From contig NW_026782148.1 in the NCBI RefSeq assembly GCF_031769215.1, positions 682,001 through 746,000 on the forward strand: 64,000 bases of DNA. Direction: 5' to 3'. The position numbers were made by a program, and so were the translations under genes. The stretch comes from Ylistrum balloti (taxonomy: Eukaryota). The notes beneath the pieces are model-generated. The model made no database searches and was not told where the DNA came from. It was given only the letters and a program-made list of their open reading frames with translations. This document shows, one piece after another, positions 14,251 through 27,549 of this stretch (the stretch's first letter is position 1; each line of letters begins with the position of its first letter).

Positions 14251-14699
14251 CACTGTGGTTAGATATTATCATCTGGGAACATATCATTAAAACCAAAAGC
14301 ATGTAATCTCATAAACTTGTATATGGTCTTAAGTAAAACACAACGTGAAAAGTCGAACGAACGGAATAGAGGAGTGTTGATTAGCGCCTGTTGATTCGGG
14401 AGAGACTCACTCACTCAACCTATAACAAAATTTATTATATTCTATTATATTCATTCATTACATTCGATACTATTCTTAAAAAGTGAACATGAAGGAGACC
14501 CCCACTATCCCCCTCCGCATACATTTTCTTACATCCGTTTGCATTCAATCCCTAGCACACCTATTTTCCCATAAAAATCGTTTATTTAATATATAGATTT
14601 ATATCATCTTGTGTAAATATTTAGGGTGTTGTACATTATATTTGGGAGCCGGGTTTGATACAAGTTGGAAAACTTGTGACCGACCCCATTGTATTTATT

Positions 14700-14890
14700 T
14701 GATACAATAAAAATATGTTTAAATCAAAAACACAAAACAAAACAAAAAACAAAACAAAACAAAAAAATAACAAAGAACAACAACGACAAAAAAACAAAAA
14801 AAAAACCAACAACAACAATAAACAGAAAACACAAACAAAAAACCCTAAGCAATGAAACAAAACAAAACCATACAAAAAACAAGAATACAC
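14700..14890. repeat. CAAAA/AAAC-rich low-complexity tract
   Basis: Degenerate (CAAAA)n run; it produces the spurious ORFs 14636..14911 and 14689..14913. Confidence 0.85.
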
Positions 14891-15358
14891 ACGTTCACAC
14901 ACAACCGTCATGACGCCCCCCCTTTAATTTTCTTAAACCTTGTTATTATATAATATAAAAATAAGTTATGTGAGGAAGAAAATCTTACATTCGTTTCCCT
15001 TTCATGTGACATTTCTGAAACTCGTCACTACTTTTTCATTTGACGTCACTAGAGTCTTGATAAAATGAAATTGAATAGGTTCGTTTCATTAATCTCTTCT
15101 TGTTCTTGTACATTTGATTCAAAAGTAGAGCATAGAAGGAAAACTGTCTAAAGGAAATATGAATATGTGGTTTTCAAATATTTTTTCCATTATGCATAAC
15201 GGTTACATATTATATACATATAGTAGTAAACATGTGGCTATGATCCACACTTTAGTGAAAATCTGTTGATGAATTTTATAGACTCATTTTTTATTGTTAT
15301 TTCATACATTTTTCTATTAACTTGCATTTATTTATTTTCTAACTATTTATTTATGTAA

Positions 15359-15359
<1 letters not shown>

Positions 15360-15431
<72 letters not shown>
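15360..15431. repeat. (ATT)24 microsatellite ~180 bp upstream of the SSNA1 start codon
   Basis: Uninterrupted attattatt run of 72 bp. Confidence 0.95.
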
Positions 15432-15432
<1 letters not shown>

Positions 15433-15608
15433 GATTCGTCATTCAACGTATCCGGATAATTGGGCTTCGACGCCTACGGCTCTTATTTTATGTTAAACAA
15501 CACAGAAAACGATGACGTTTTACGCTTATCAACAGCCTGTGGACGGAAAGACAAGTTACAACGCGCCAAGGGGATCTCGGAGGAGGAAAATTTACAGCTG
15601 TTGCTGAA

Positions 15609-18600
15609 ATGTCGCAGCAAGGTGCTGCTCTGCAGAGCTACAACAATGAATTAGTGAAATGTAAGTTATATTTTACCGAACTGCCTCTATTTCCCTTGGA
15701 AAGTGCAGTTTTGATTTTCACGACCCGTAGTTCTCATTGTTGTCATATGTCACCGTCCGTCGATTTAATGGTGTGTTTATGTGGGATTACCGTTAGAATA
15801 AAAAAAAAATCAAAGTAAGTGTTGTCGTATCTTAAAGAATATTTTTGTTAACGTTGGGAAGTACACTATTTTGTTTAGTTTCAGTTGCTGATCTGTGTGA
15901 AGTTACAAGTAGATTTTGAATATCGACTAAGGTCTACAGTGTATATAGCTAGATCCATTGATTTGACGCGAAACATTGAATTACAATTAAGGCCAAAACC
16001 TCTTAATGAACAGATTTTGGTCGACCAGCTTATTGTGTTTGGTCTGTTTCTATAAATACCTTCGTGAAACCATAGTAGTGACAACATGCTTCATCAGATT
16101 TCCTCTAACTACACTCTTTTGTCTTTACCAATTTTCAAGCTATCACCTAAATCTTCCAATTCTCTGTGTAGAGACATTTTTCATTGCGCCAGGTTAGCCC
16201 GTTTTGCTCTGTTGACAGGAGAAATGTTGATTTGTTTCTCCTTTATCCATTTGATTTTAAAAACCTCCATACAGTTTTACTGGAAATATTTCTGTTAACA
16301 TTATTACAAATGTTTGCCAAAGGCTGTCTGTCTGCTTTCAGTTCTCTAAAATTTTCCTTTAGTCACGTGTGGTTGAATTTTTGAGTTAGCCTAGTTTTTC
16401 ACCATTTTACACACTCCTGCGTTCACAGAAATTCCTGTAAATCAAATGTCTTAGGCACATTCAATCAGTCATCAATGCTTTGTAGAGATAAGTCTTTCTG
16501 AATCATACATACTACACCTTGTTTCTTGCCCTCACTTGTGTATCGACTGGCTCCATTTTGGTTCTGTTTGAAAACAAATCCATGTGAGCAGACGACATAA
16601 TAGAATGCTAATTAAAGCACCAGACTGTGTGTGATGTTTCCGATGCTGTAAGCAATGTCTGACAGATTTATGTATCATGTATACAGTTCCAACGTAAACA
16701 ACACGGAAACTAACATATAAGAATAGTTTATTGTTCCACTACTTTTGTCCAAAAACTGTATGTTGTATTATTTATGAAATTGGAATCAATCCATTTACTT
16801 AGTAACATGTTATATGCATGTACATTGCAGTACTCAACCATCATACAATACAACAAGGTATTTACCTACGATTTAATTTCATTTATTCATTATCTCCTTT
16901 TTAAAAAAAGAATGGAAATCATTACAAAATAATAGATCTGACCAGTTTACATTTTAAATTGAAAACTTCCGCCAGGTTTGGCAAGTTCATTGTATACATT
17001 TATATATTCAGAATTCAGAATAATCTTTCTCGCCTTCATGCATAATATGTACATTTTCAAATACATAATATTTTTGTCAGTAAAAAAGAATCATTTCTCA
17101 CTTAAAGAAGTCCTAGACTTTGAATGATACCGTCAAAGAGTTTGTAATAATTTTATCAACTTAAGTCTTTGGAATGGAATCAGGAAAATATAATTTAATT
17201 GGGAATAGTTTTGGGCATTTTCTGATTAGGAATGTATGCCATCCGTTCACTCGTGTATTTCAGTCATGTTGAAAGACATGAAAAACGTTTAAGTCCCTGA
17301 AGATTATCACATCAAAATTTATATTTTCACACATACATCACACAACAGGTACAGTCATTGTATTTATCAGGCAATGAACGCACCATACCTGGTAATAAAA
17401 TCACCCATATCTGTTGCCGTTGAATACAAGAAGAATTTCCACCTAAATTTGTTGCACTGCAGTAGTCCAATCTCCTGATTATGAGATAGAATCTGTATGT
17501 GAATGGATAAACTCAAAAATATGATGACCAATGGACCATCAGAGATTAATCTAGACTAATTTTACAAGTTACTAGAGGTATAAGGTTCTAAGTGGTTTTA
17601 CCCTCTGAAAATTGATCACATGGGGAAATTTCCCCAAAATACTCACCCCCAAATAGGGAAAATGTTTTTACTGTAATAATTAATTAGTATATTTCTACAT
17701 AACATACTCCAAATAATGCAATTATGAACGAGAAATATCAACATTTCATTCATGTGATTCTCATTTAAGCCATATGTTTCAACGCCATCCCTCTTTTGAA
17801 TTCTGACCAAAACAGCAGTCTGGAATTTCACCAGTTCTTAAAATAGGTAAAAAGATCTCGGTTTTCACAATGGGTAGTTTTACTCGAAATCTAGATTAAC
17901 ACCTGAATAGGTTATTCCAGATTTTTTGATGGATCCCTTCTTCATTTCAATTTTAAAAAATTTAGCTTCGAAATCACATTCCTAGGCATATTCAGACATT
18001 CTGTATCATTTTCAAAATTATTCATTTGATATCAGTGGTGCTGATATTGTTGACAAGTGGAAGTACATATTTTGTAAAAAGTTGCAGATTTCCAACTACT
18101 TGGCAGGACATCTTTATGACTTAGTAACAAGTAGTAGTGATTTATTTGAAATCAGTGATTTGACCATGACTTTTTATGGACAGGTAATATTAACACAGTA
18201 TTTAAGTGTAGCTCTCTGAATTAGCCATTAAATCCATAGGGTCACATGACATTATTTATACTGGTTCTTTACCATGCTATACTGCTGTCTAGCAGTTTGA
18301 TAAGCCAACTGATAAGTCATTTTATGTTTGTAATGGTAAAATTCAGGAGTTTGAAATCAGAGGCAGAATTAAGGCATTAAAAGTAAAGAATTATTTGATT
18401 CATGTATCTATGTTACAGTGTACTTGATCACTGTAGCAACTACAGACATGTTTTATAATTAGTAGTTCAAGAGCTGTCTGTCATGATGTGTAGTAGGTAT
18501 ATAATGTGCTTGTACAGAATGCTTGGTTTTATTTTTGTTCATAATCATACCTCAATTTTCTAATTAAGCTTCATTTTCTGTCCTGATCAGATTTAACCCA

Positions 18601-19432
18601 TGTATAAAATATTGAAAATTTATAGGGAATTAGACATTTCATTTTCTTTGTACAGGTATATCAGAGGCGTGTCCATTAAATCTCAGGACATGTCCAACAT
18701 GAATATATGATTTTCACTTTTGATGTATTATAAAAGATGTACAGCTGTGGTTCAGATTTTGTTCAAATAATCCTTTGAAACTTTGCAAATAATTACAATG
18801 AGTAATAAATATTTGTTAAGAATTAGTGGGTGTCTGTTTGGTAGTGATAAATATTTAATAATTCCTTTTCTATTCTGATATATACATTGGATTTGAATAT
18901 CTAATTTTTTGAGCTCCATTTCAGGTATAAATGATTTGTGTCACAAACGTGATGACATTCACAAGCAGATCCTCCAAGAGGAAGAGGAAAAGCAAAAACT
19001 GCAGAATGACATTCGCATCCTCACAGAACGACTAGCCAAGATTAACGAAAGTCTGAGTAAAAAGATGGCATCTCGAAATGAGTTTGACAAGACGATAGCA
19101 GAAACAGAAGCAGCTTACATGAAGGTTAATATTTGAATTGAAAAAAAAAACAGAAATAAATGAATAAACAGCAGTTATTTCAAATTAGAGCAATCAGTGT
19201 TACTTGATTATAAAGGGAAAACAAAATAAACCAATTATTCTACACTAAATTTGATCTTCTATAATATTAAAACATGGATTTGAATTTTAATTGAGTATTG
19301 TTTTATTTGTATTTTCAGATATTAGAAAGCTCACAGACATTATTAAATGTGTTGAAAAGGGAATCCCAAAGTCTGCGAGAGAAAAGCACAGTGGGAGGAG
19401 GAACGTCACAGAGAACATTGACCCAAACATGA
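15609..19432 (+). CDS. SSNA1: Sjogren syndrome nuclear autoantigen 1 (NA14) homologue, centriolar/microtubule coiled-coil protein, 121 aa
   Basis: Exons 15609-15660 ([17 protein letters not shown], gtaagt donor), 18925-19124 ([31 protein letters not shown]...[18 protein letters not shown]) and 19319-19432 ([16 protein letters not shown]...TLTQT*). Phases 1 and 0 match. The sequence closely resembles vertebrate SSNA1 ([18 protein letters not shown]...[27 protein letters not shown]). Confidence 0.97.
15900..16758 (-). mobile_element. Decayed Tc1/mariner transposon in SSNA1 intron 1 (one TIR plus transposase remnant)
   Basis: The minus strand starts TA-CAGTTTTTGGACAAAAGTAGTGGAACA, a Tc1-like TIR with TA target. 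Frameshifted frames give [33 protein letters not shown] and RKSDE, matching the Tc1 HTH-linker and start of the catalytic domain. No second TIR found. Confidence 0.65.
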
Positions 19433-22400
19433 TCTTTACATCCTTTAAAACGAGAAAGTCTGTTGTAGCTGAGTTATTTCCCTTGCACACCTGTTTGCTG
19501 GATCACTAGTGTAGACTCTGTAAGGAAATGGCTTCCTTTGGATGGTACCATTACACATCATCTGTCTTACATTTTTTGTAGAAAACTGAACCTTTAAATA
19601 AATCAGGTTTCAAAACATTCTTTTGACAAATGATAATATTTTTTAACAAACTGTTCAGTGAAGAGTAAACTTTCTGAAAGCATTTCAGTTCAGATATATT
19701 GTATTTTTATTCAAACCTTACACTGTTTGTTCAACCTAATGCTTTATAATTATATAATCTTTTTATAGTTTCATTGACCTTATTGTAATTGAAGCAAAAC
19801 ATACTATCTTTTGCAAGAGAAGTAAACATCTTGTACCAGCATTGTTGTGTCAAACTATATCTCATCTGTTAAACTGTGATAAACAATTACTGTATATACA
19901 TGTGGATGTTAGTTTTATTATTATAATATTTGTCCTTACTTATTAGTTATTTGAATCATGTGTAAATTCCGTATAAATATGATACAATTCTGTGTGTGTG
20001 ATTTTAGAATTTCACTTGCACTATTTGCTTTCACAGTTCTTTTTAAGAAAGAGACAAACTCCTATTTCTCCATGAGTTATATCATTGTGTTCTAGATAAA
20101 TAAGACAATACATTTTCAAGCTGAAAGATGTAAAATTCTTTGTATCATAGAAATAGTGCTTTAAGTAATGATAATTTATTTAAAATACACACCACTGTAT
20201 TTGTTTTACAGTCAAAACTGGGTTTTGTAGTTTAAACACAAAGATTCAATATGACCAAGTCATCAATGGATATCAATTTCCACAAAATTCAAGGTTTTTT
20301 TTCAGTTATTATTAATTCGACTAAATGTACAAATATATCAAATATTGTTGTGTGTTAAGATATCAGATCCATTTTTCCTGGTTTGCAGATGTGTTCTTAT
20401 CACTCACAATATGAAGTGGGGAATCAATTTGTATGAATACTGAAAATCTATTTCTAATTGAACTGTACTTGCTGGTTCCTTGTGCAGCATATTTCCTTGT
20501 GTATAGATTTCTTTGTTGCTTTTTCCTGTTTCACTGAGAAGATGAAAGTTTTGAGTATGAAAGAAATTGATGAGTAAACGACTAGCATGGCTATAATTTC
20601 CATCTACATACATGGATACATATACCATGTACATCACTGGCTGTAGAAGTAGATAAGATTTCTGCAAGGATATATGTCAATGATGTTAGGTATTATAACT
20701 TTCATTGTCATTTCTGGGCAAGTTATAGCTGTGGAAACATTTTTGCGAAAAAGATTTACACAGTTGAAAATTGCAAAGTCAAATTCCATCATGCAAAATA
20801 TTTATCAAACAGTGTTGACAAAGTAAATTTTGTTTACAGTTGTATGACATACGTTGGAGTAAATGATATAAATACTTAATTGTTTTTTGTCTTTATTACA
20901 AACATAAAATATAAAAAAAAAAGTAATGAAGTAAGTAAATTGTTAGTCCCTGATAGAAACAGCTTGAAGGGACTCAACAGGTCTATTTGTGTATCGTTTG
21001 TCAATAGATTGTCACATTTTAAGTTCCAGGACCATTGCACCTTGATGTATTCTCTTATCTTATCGCTCTACCATCCAAATGTGTGAAACAAAGGACAGAA
21101 ACTCTGGGAGCCTATAATTACCCATATCTACCAGAGATGTTCCTTAAGTCTCAGTACACCTCTATAACGGCTCACGGACACCAATAGTTGACCTGGCAGT
21201 CAGGGCCAAAGTTGACGTCTTGCAAAACTATGTCGACATCCCTGACTGCACAAACAAAGGCCACAGCTGTAGACTGTTTTGTGTCTTATCCATTAGCATG
21301 AAAAAAACCTCCTTTCCTAATATTGTAGCCAGTTTATTATCAGTTATTAAAGTATATGAATCACACGTCGGTAGTTGAAAAGTGAAGGTGGTTGTTTACT
21401 CAAAGTCAATCTTTCGCGATATAATCTTCAACACAACCTATAAACTAATGAGGTCATTTTTCAGAAGAATAATGAAGAGCTCTATTATTTCAATACGTTT
21501 TTCAAGAATATTGAAATGGCGTGAGCCGTTTACAGACGATTATCTTGATAATGAAATGGGGACTACTCATGTAGAGAGTTTTGTCCCTTTATCCACCAAA
21601 TACAACGCATCCCGCGTCATCTCTGCTGAAATATTTATCATGGATATAATGCTTTGTAAGTAGACAGCAGGGGTGATGTATATACTAAAACCGGTTATCG
21701 TTAACAGTATTAGACCGGAAGGACACTCTTTGTTGGTGTTGATGCAAGAGTCGGTCCAAGCACCAGTTGCTGGATGTAATTCACGTTGCTATTATGAAAT
21801 AAATCAGAACTTTCAGGGAATATAGAATTTTTTTTAATGTACAATTTTTCCAAAAGGAGGGCAGTTCAGAGAATACACCTATGAAAATATATTTCTTACT
21901 TGTATTTCTAATTTCAATAGAGAAGCTTACATTTTCGATTATTACTTACGAAATGGTGCACTACGCGGACCCAACTATGATATGCTAAAGTAAGAGCAAT
22001 TTGTTGAAATTTGATCGGTTTAATTTAGCATGGTTTTTTCCCCAAAGCATTCTCGTCAACAGAACTGAACTCTAAGAATTGGTCAAATCTGTATACAGGG
22101 TTAAAATTTAGTCTTACTAAGGATGTGATCTTTAAATACAAGGAAAATTCATATGTTCATATTTCGATCTTGTGGGGAAAATGATGTTAAGGTATGAAAC
22201 TTACTGTCTGTTTATATACATGATTTAAATTTAACAATATATGTTTATCTTTCTCATTTCATTCGGCTCAAAGTAAGCACACAGAAAATCCTTTTTACTG
22301 GCTATACGTGGCTTACATATATTCTTTTATCGGAAAGGACTGACTACGGACACAATATAGACACAAGTTTAAGTTCAGCTGTTTCTATCCTTATCCGAAC

Positions 22401-23149
22401 GTCCGTGTGCAGACGTACAGAACAATTATGGTATACAGTGGACCTTCAAGTATTCAAAAGTAATGCAGGCGATACCCTTACACACAACAAACAAGAATGT
22501 TATTCATTAAAAAAATATATTTTATATTTAAACCATAATTTGAGTAATCGTGATTAGTATTATAGCATTGCTGCTAATATGATTGTAATGCATCAGTGTC
22601 GTTTATTTCCTTTTTAACAAATACTTTAGGGACGAAATTTTATAGACAATAGAAACCGCATTCCACAAATTTACCTAGGATTTTGTATTTTCAAAGAATA
22701 TTGCGTTGCATTTTCATGTGAACTCATCTTTTGTTACATCAAGCAATGTCGAGGCGAAACTTAACTTTTGATGTTACACTAACACAATCGAAACGACCAG
22801 AAATGGAGACGTTTTAACTGTGGATGATTACATATTGTGAAAGTAATAAGAAAATTTTAAAAAATACCAAAACTGTGGAACCCCGCCCCTTTTTCTCTGA
22901 ACCTATTCCATTTGTCGCTCATAACGACATATTTGTGCCGTACTCACGTAGCACGTGTACAATGAGAACAAACTAGGTACGGTCCATGCGAAATCTGCAA
23001 AAAAGCAAATGTCAGACATTTTCATCTTTATGTTCAAGCAACAGAGTTAACATTGCCAGACTTCGAATACATCCTTTTGAAATATTGAATGTTTGAAATT
23101 TGTAGACAAATGTCGCGCTATTAAGATTTCCGAACTGGATCATTCAGTT

Positions 23150-26100
23150 TTATTCCTTTGGTTTTGTAGACTCGGAGGAAAACTCTGAAGAACTGTCACT
23201 TTCTGTCTTCACTGACTCTGTGTGTTCCTCGCCTTCGCGTGAAAACACTTCTTTTCTATGTGTTTCCTCGTCGATATCGGCGTGGTCTGCGGAACGGGAG
23301 GTGAATTTTAATTTGTGTCGATTCGTCTGATCCTTCTGGTCTTTCGTAGATTCAGTATCAGCACTTTGGTTTGTCGAAGACGGTGTGTGTCTGCATGTGG
23401 TTGCGTGGACAACCGATGGAATACGATTTTCTGTCCTAACTGAGGACGGAACCAAAGGCTCTGGTGGGGCTTCAGTTCTGGCTCGACCATCACTGACAGG
23501 AGGTCCCACCAGTAATGGGGACGGTTTATTATTAGTTCTCGCTTGAGTGTTGAGCGGTGCTGTAGTTGTAGGAGGGGGAAGAACTTGGCAATCTCTTTGG
23601 TTGTTTTCATCAGAACATAAACCTGCCATTGGTGGAGGTGGCGGTGGTCTCGGAAGGAACTGATCGTTGATAGGTGCCGTAGTCACGGGTTGTTTTTTAA
23701 CCAAAGCTATAAGAATAAAGATACCATTGAATTAAAGAATATAAAAATCAAATTGATTTACCAAAAGATTTTGAGGATGTGATATTTCACAAACTTAATC
23801 AAGAGTCATTTAATAAATTGGTAAAAGGTTAAACTAAATACATTCCATACACAACTCATGAATGATGAAACGTTAAGCGATAGGCTTCCTTCCCACTCGG
23901 CCAACTTCTAAAAAAATACGTGGACAAAAATAAGTATAGTCTATTTCAATACTTACTAGCATAATTCACCTGGTCAACTATAAGCATGATATGAGAAACT
24001 TGTAAAAATGAAAAGTAAAGGCAAGGATATAAAAAAAATGTTTAAATAAATATTTTTATAGACAGATATATATACCGTATATATGAAGACATGAAGAGGA
24101 CTAGTTGTTTATACAACAGAAACAATCATAAGTACATAGTATCACTATTGTTCACTCTGTTTTTTCAACATAAACTTTTATAACTTGTTTTCTCATTCCT
24201 TGGTTTGTGAATGTCATTATACTGGTTTATAAAAACATTGATTACAAAAGTAAAATAAAATCGTCGACATAAAAATAATTATTTTTCACTCTAGATGTGA
24301 GTAAAAGATTACTTACTTTGCCCCAATAATTTTCTGGGTTTTTTTATTACTATTTTTATGTAGTTATAATATATTTGACTTTTGAACTGTTTAACGTTAC
24401 CTATATGAAATGGCTTATGCACAAGTAAGAGTAGACAAAGGTAGAGCTGGACTCTATTTGGTTCAAGACGGATTCAAATATTCAATTAAGACTAGACGTA
24501 ATAATAGGTGTTATTTGGAGATGTGTAGATCGCCAGTGTCCAGCAACAGTGACCACATTGAACAACATCCCTGTGACGATCACGAACAATCACATGTTAG
24601 CAAACATATCTAGGTCACCTAAGGGTTTTCTGTATCAGCACCTTGTTGAAAATTTTTGTCTCCAATTTTATTAATGTAAATCTATAGAAGCAAAGTACAA
24701 ACGTCTTATTACTTGTTTCAGATTGTCGTCACATAATTTAAGTACTGAAGTCGGTAGACGGAATAATGTTTTTCGTCAAAATAGATCATGTACTCGTTGT
24801 ACCTCTGGTGAGGACGAATTTCACTTTATCCTAAAATGTCCTTTTTACCAAAATCTGAGACGTAAATATATCAAACAATTCTATCACAGAAGTCCAAATG
24901 TTTTTAAGGAAACATAGAATTTAGTGACTGATAGAACTAATTGTACACTACAGTATCATTGTAAGCTTACTCTCCATTTAACCTAATTTGTATAACATTC
25001 TTTCATATTTGTTCCACATTATGTAATGATGTGTTTGTTATTTAACCTAGGAGTAGGATGGCTCACGGAAAAAATAAACGAATGAATGACCCTATGACAC
25101 ACATCTATAATGATAATGGACAACGGTAAGTTGTTACCCGAGAATCGGTCACTTTCCTAAATTTGATTTACCATAAGACAAGGGCATTATATTCTTTTCT
25201 GACTTACCAAAGTAGTTATTTTTGCGTTTCTCGTACTCTTCATGAAGTAAATTCACCAAGTGTGTTTGTGTCCGATCTGCCTGTATCGCCTTTACAAATA
25301 TGTCGTAAGCATCGCCTCCTTTTTTCAGTATAATATCAATCATAACGCTAGCCTTTTTCCTCCTCGTTTTTTCGAACTCTATCTCCTCTTTGTCCTCTTC
25401 ATTTATTACGAACTTTGACCTCAAATAATCGAAATAACGTTCTGGATTCATATATCTACAAAGTATATCTCTTTTTTCCTCAAGAATCTAAAAAAAGAGA
25501 GAAGAAAACAAGTATTGTATTAGTATGAAGAAATCCACTTACGTTTGAAATTGTGGCCAATAACCGGAGAATACACCTCTTCATGAAACATTACTTTGTT
25601 AACTTAAAGATTTATTTTCTATTTTCTTATGGTTTTTAAAGGGTAACTATAAATGATATGGGATAAATTGAATAACTTGCGAAGCCGGTCATATAAAATT
25701 TACGCAGTTAATCTGAATATTTACGGGGTCACCTGCCCGACCACGTGGGTTTTCCCCGGGTTCTCCGGTTTCCTCCCACAATAAGACCCCTCGCGCGCTT
25801 ACATCCGGGCCAACAAGAGTGATTAGTATAAGTTGACATAACTTGTTTCGCAATTGTTGTAAAATATATAAAGTTTATATTTAATATTTACGGTTTTCAT
25901 TAACAGTTGCGTTTACATTCATTTCAAAGTTTTCTGAAAAATACCTAAATAGATATTCAGTTTGTCGTCTACAATGGGACCAGAGAAAATGAGCAATCTA
26001 TTTGAATATTTCACATATTTTCGTGTATCATTTGTTTTACGTATACCCATATATCATTTTCTAAATACAAAATTCCAGCATTTATTCTACTGAGATCCCG

Positions 26101-27549
26101 GAAAAGAAATCCCCAAAAGTTTGTTAAAGATTGACATAAGGACCGTTTTTCCAACCGACTTCGCGGGGTTATTTTAAAACACGCCGGAAATTCCTGCCCA
26201 GCGTGTGGTATGATGACGTTACGGGGATACCAGCATTCATGACGTCATACCACAATGCGTGTAAGAAACTATCATTATTAATGTATATTGATACATTTAA
26301 ACGTTAACTGTTAAAGTAATGGTATAACGTGTAGCTGGGCGTGGTGTTTATTTTGTTCAGTTTTACGTCCTGACATATATATATTGACAATGGTATTCTT
26401 TGGTAGCGATAAATTAGGATATCACAATATTTTACATACATGTCTATATACAATCAATACGTACACATTATTGATATATTGTAAGGTAAAGGCTTTTCTC
26501 GAACTTTAAATTTAGAATGAGTAACTATTTATGAAGTAATCAATGTAGGACTGTCCATCTCGATTGTTTCAGTCATACACTATACAAACAGTATTTGTAA
26601 CGGATCACCTTGCTTTTTTTACCAAAAATATTGTTTTTTTTCAAAAGATATTGTTTTTTTTCCTTAAAGATACGCCCTGGCAATGTTAATGTGGTCAAAT
26701 TCATTGGTAAATGAAACGGATCACATTTAGTAGGTTCATTGAGTCTGATTTGGGTAGAAATTGAAATATATTACGGTAAAATCTATCAACTCTTCATAGA
26801 GTATCGAACTGTATCATTAAGAAAAAACAATATTTTTTGTAAAAATCAAATTTCGCTGAATATAAATTGAAATGATAGTCAAACGCTAGATAATTGTAAA
26901 TTACCACTGTCGAACTGACAAGGTACATTTCTATTTCTAACGTTTATATATATATATTTAGACAAATAAATAAAAAAAAAATCTTAAATCATCCAAAACG
27001 AAAATTCAGTATGTAAATATACATGTATATTGAAATAATACAATACACACCAATGCAACAAGACGTAGACTGAGGGGAGGTAACTCCAATTAAAACCTGT
27101 TATCAACTCGGGTGGTTTTATTACTTTTAAAAAGTTCGGTTGTCATGGCCAGTGTGGCTATATAGGTATGTCCTAGTACAAAATACGGTAGATTTCAACA
27201 TAGAACATATACTTACGTATTGACACTGGCATAAATTAAAGTTAGGCATGTTTATAGTTTATGGGTAACCGCTCGAAGTCATGCTGGGAGGTCTGATTTA
27301 TATACGTTATATAATATTATAATTAGTCAAACGCTTTATTTAGCGTGCTAGGTTTAACATTTCAGAGCTGATATCAGTACCCTCGATATCGACATGTATT
27401 GTAGACGTAAAAGATTGTTTTTTTTATTGTGATATTCAATACTATTGTAATCACAGTAGATAGTATATATAAGATATTATTTTACGTCAGCAGGTACATA
27501 CCAGTCGTTTTATTCCAGCTAAGACTTCATCTTCTGTAGGTGTCCCCAT
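23150..27549 (-). CDS. BCL10: BCL10-like CARD adaptor, ~294 aa, with a long Pro/Ser/Thr-rich and acidic C-terminal tail
   Basis: Exons 27502-27549 (MGTPTEDEVLAGIKRL, gtatgt donor, phase 0), 25208-25487 (ILEEKRDILCRYMNPERYFDYLRSKFVINEEDKEEI...TRRKKASVMIDII...RTQTHLVNLL, phase 1) and 23150-23706 (ALVKKQP...LPRPPPPPP...TKPKE*). The CARD aligns by eye with the human BCL10 CARD (LCEKIIAERHFDHLRAKKILSREDTEEI...RKRAGKLLDYL...KTQNFLIQKI). Confidence 0.85.
24410..24605 (+). mobile_element. FLYWCH zinc-finger fragment, probably a MULE/Mutator-like transposase remnant, in BCL10 intron 2
   Basis: LVQDGFKYSIKTRRNNRCY continues after a 1-bp frameshift as WRCVDRQCPATVTTLNNIPVTITNNH (F/Y...W-x-C-x4-C...H pattern). 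Confidence 0.7.
24720..25090 (+). mobile_element. 3' end fragment of a non-LTR retrotransposon in BCL10 intron 2
   Basis: RQNRSCTRCTSGEDEFHFILKCPFYQNLRRKYIKQFY is the C-x2-C...DExHFxLxC zinc knuckle at the end of LINE ORF2; it is followed by an aataaac-gaatgaatga tail. Confidence 0.7.
25725..25875 (+). mobile_element. V-SINE fragment (conserved V domain) in BCL10 intron 1
   Basis: gtgggttttccccgggttctccggtttcctcccac matches the conserved V-SINE core GTGGGTTTxCTCCGGGTxCTCCGGTTTCCTCCCAC; the tRNA-derived head is missing. Confidence 0.8.
26100..26250. promoter_or_regulatory. Candidate enhancer in BCL10 intron 1: two kB-like sites and a CRE
   Basis: GGGGATTTCT (minus, 26105-26114), GGAAATTCC (26186-26194) and perfect TGACGTCA (26240-26247) within 150 bp of a CpG-richer patch. 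Motif match only. Confidence 0.35.

Noticed and set aside
14636-14913. Hydrophobic 91-aa and Lys/Asn-rich 74-aa ORFs
   Set aside because: Translation artefacts of a CAAAA low-complexity tract.
25541-25590. Alternative first exon for the CARD gene (MKRCILRLLATISN, gtaagt)
   Set aside because: It implies a ~53-nt intron and has no BCL10 similarity; exon 27502-27549 fits far better.
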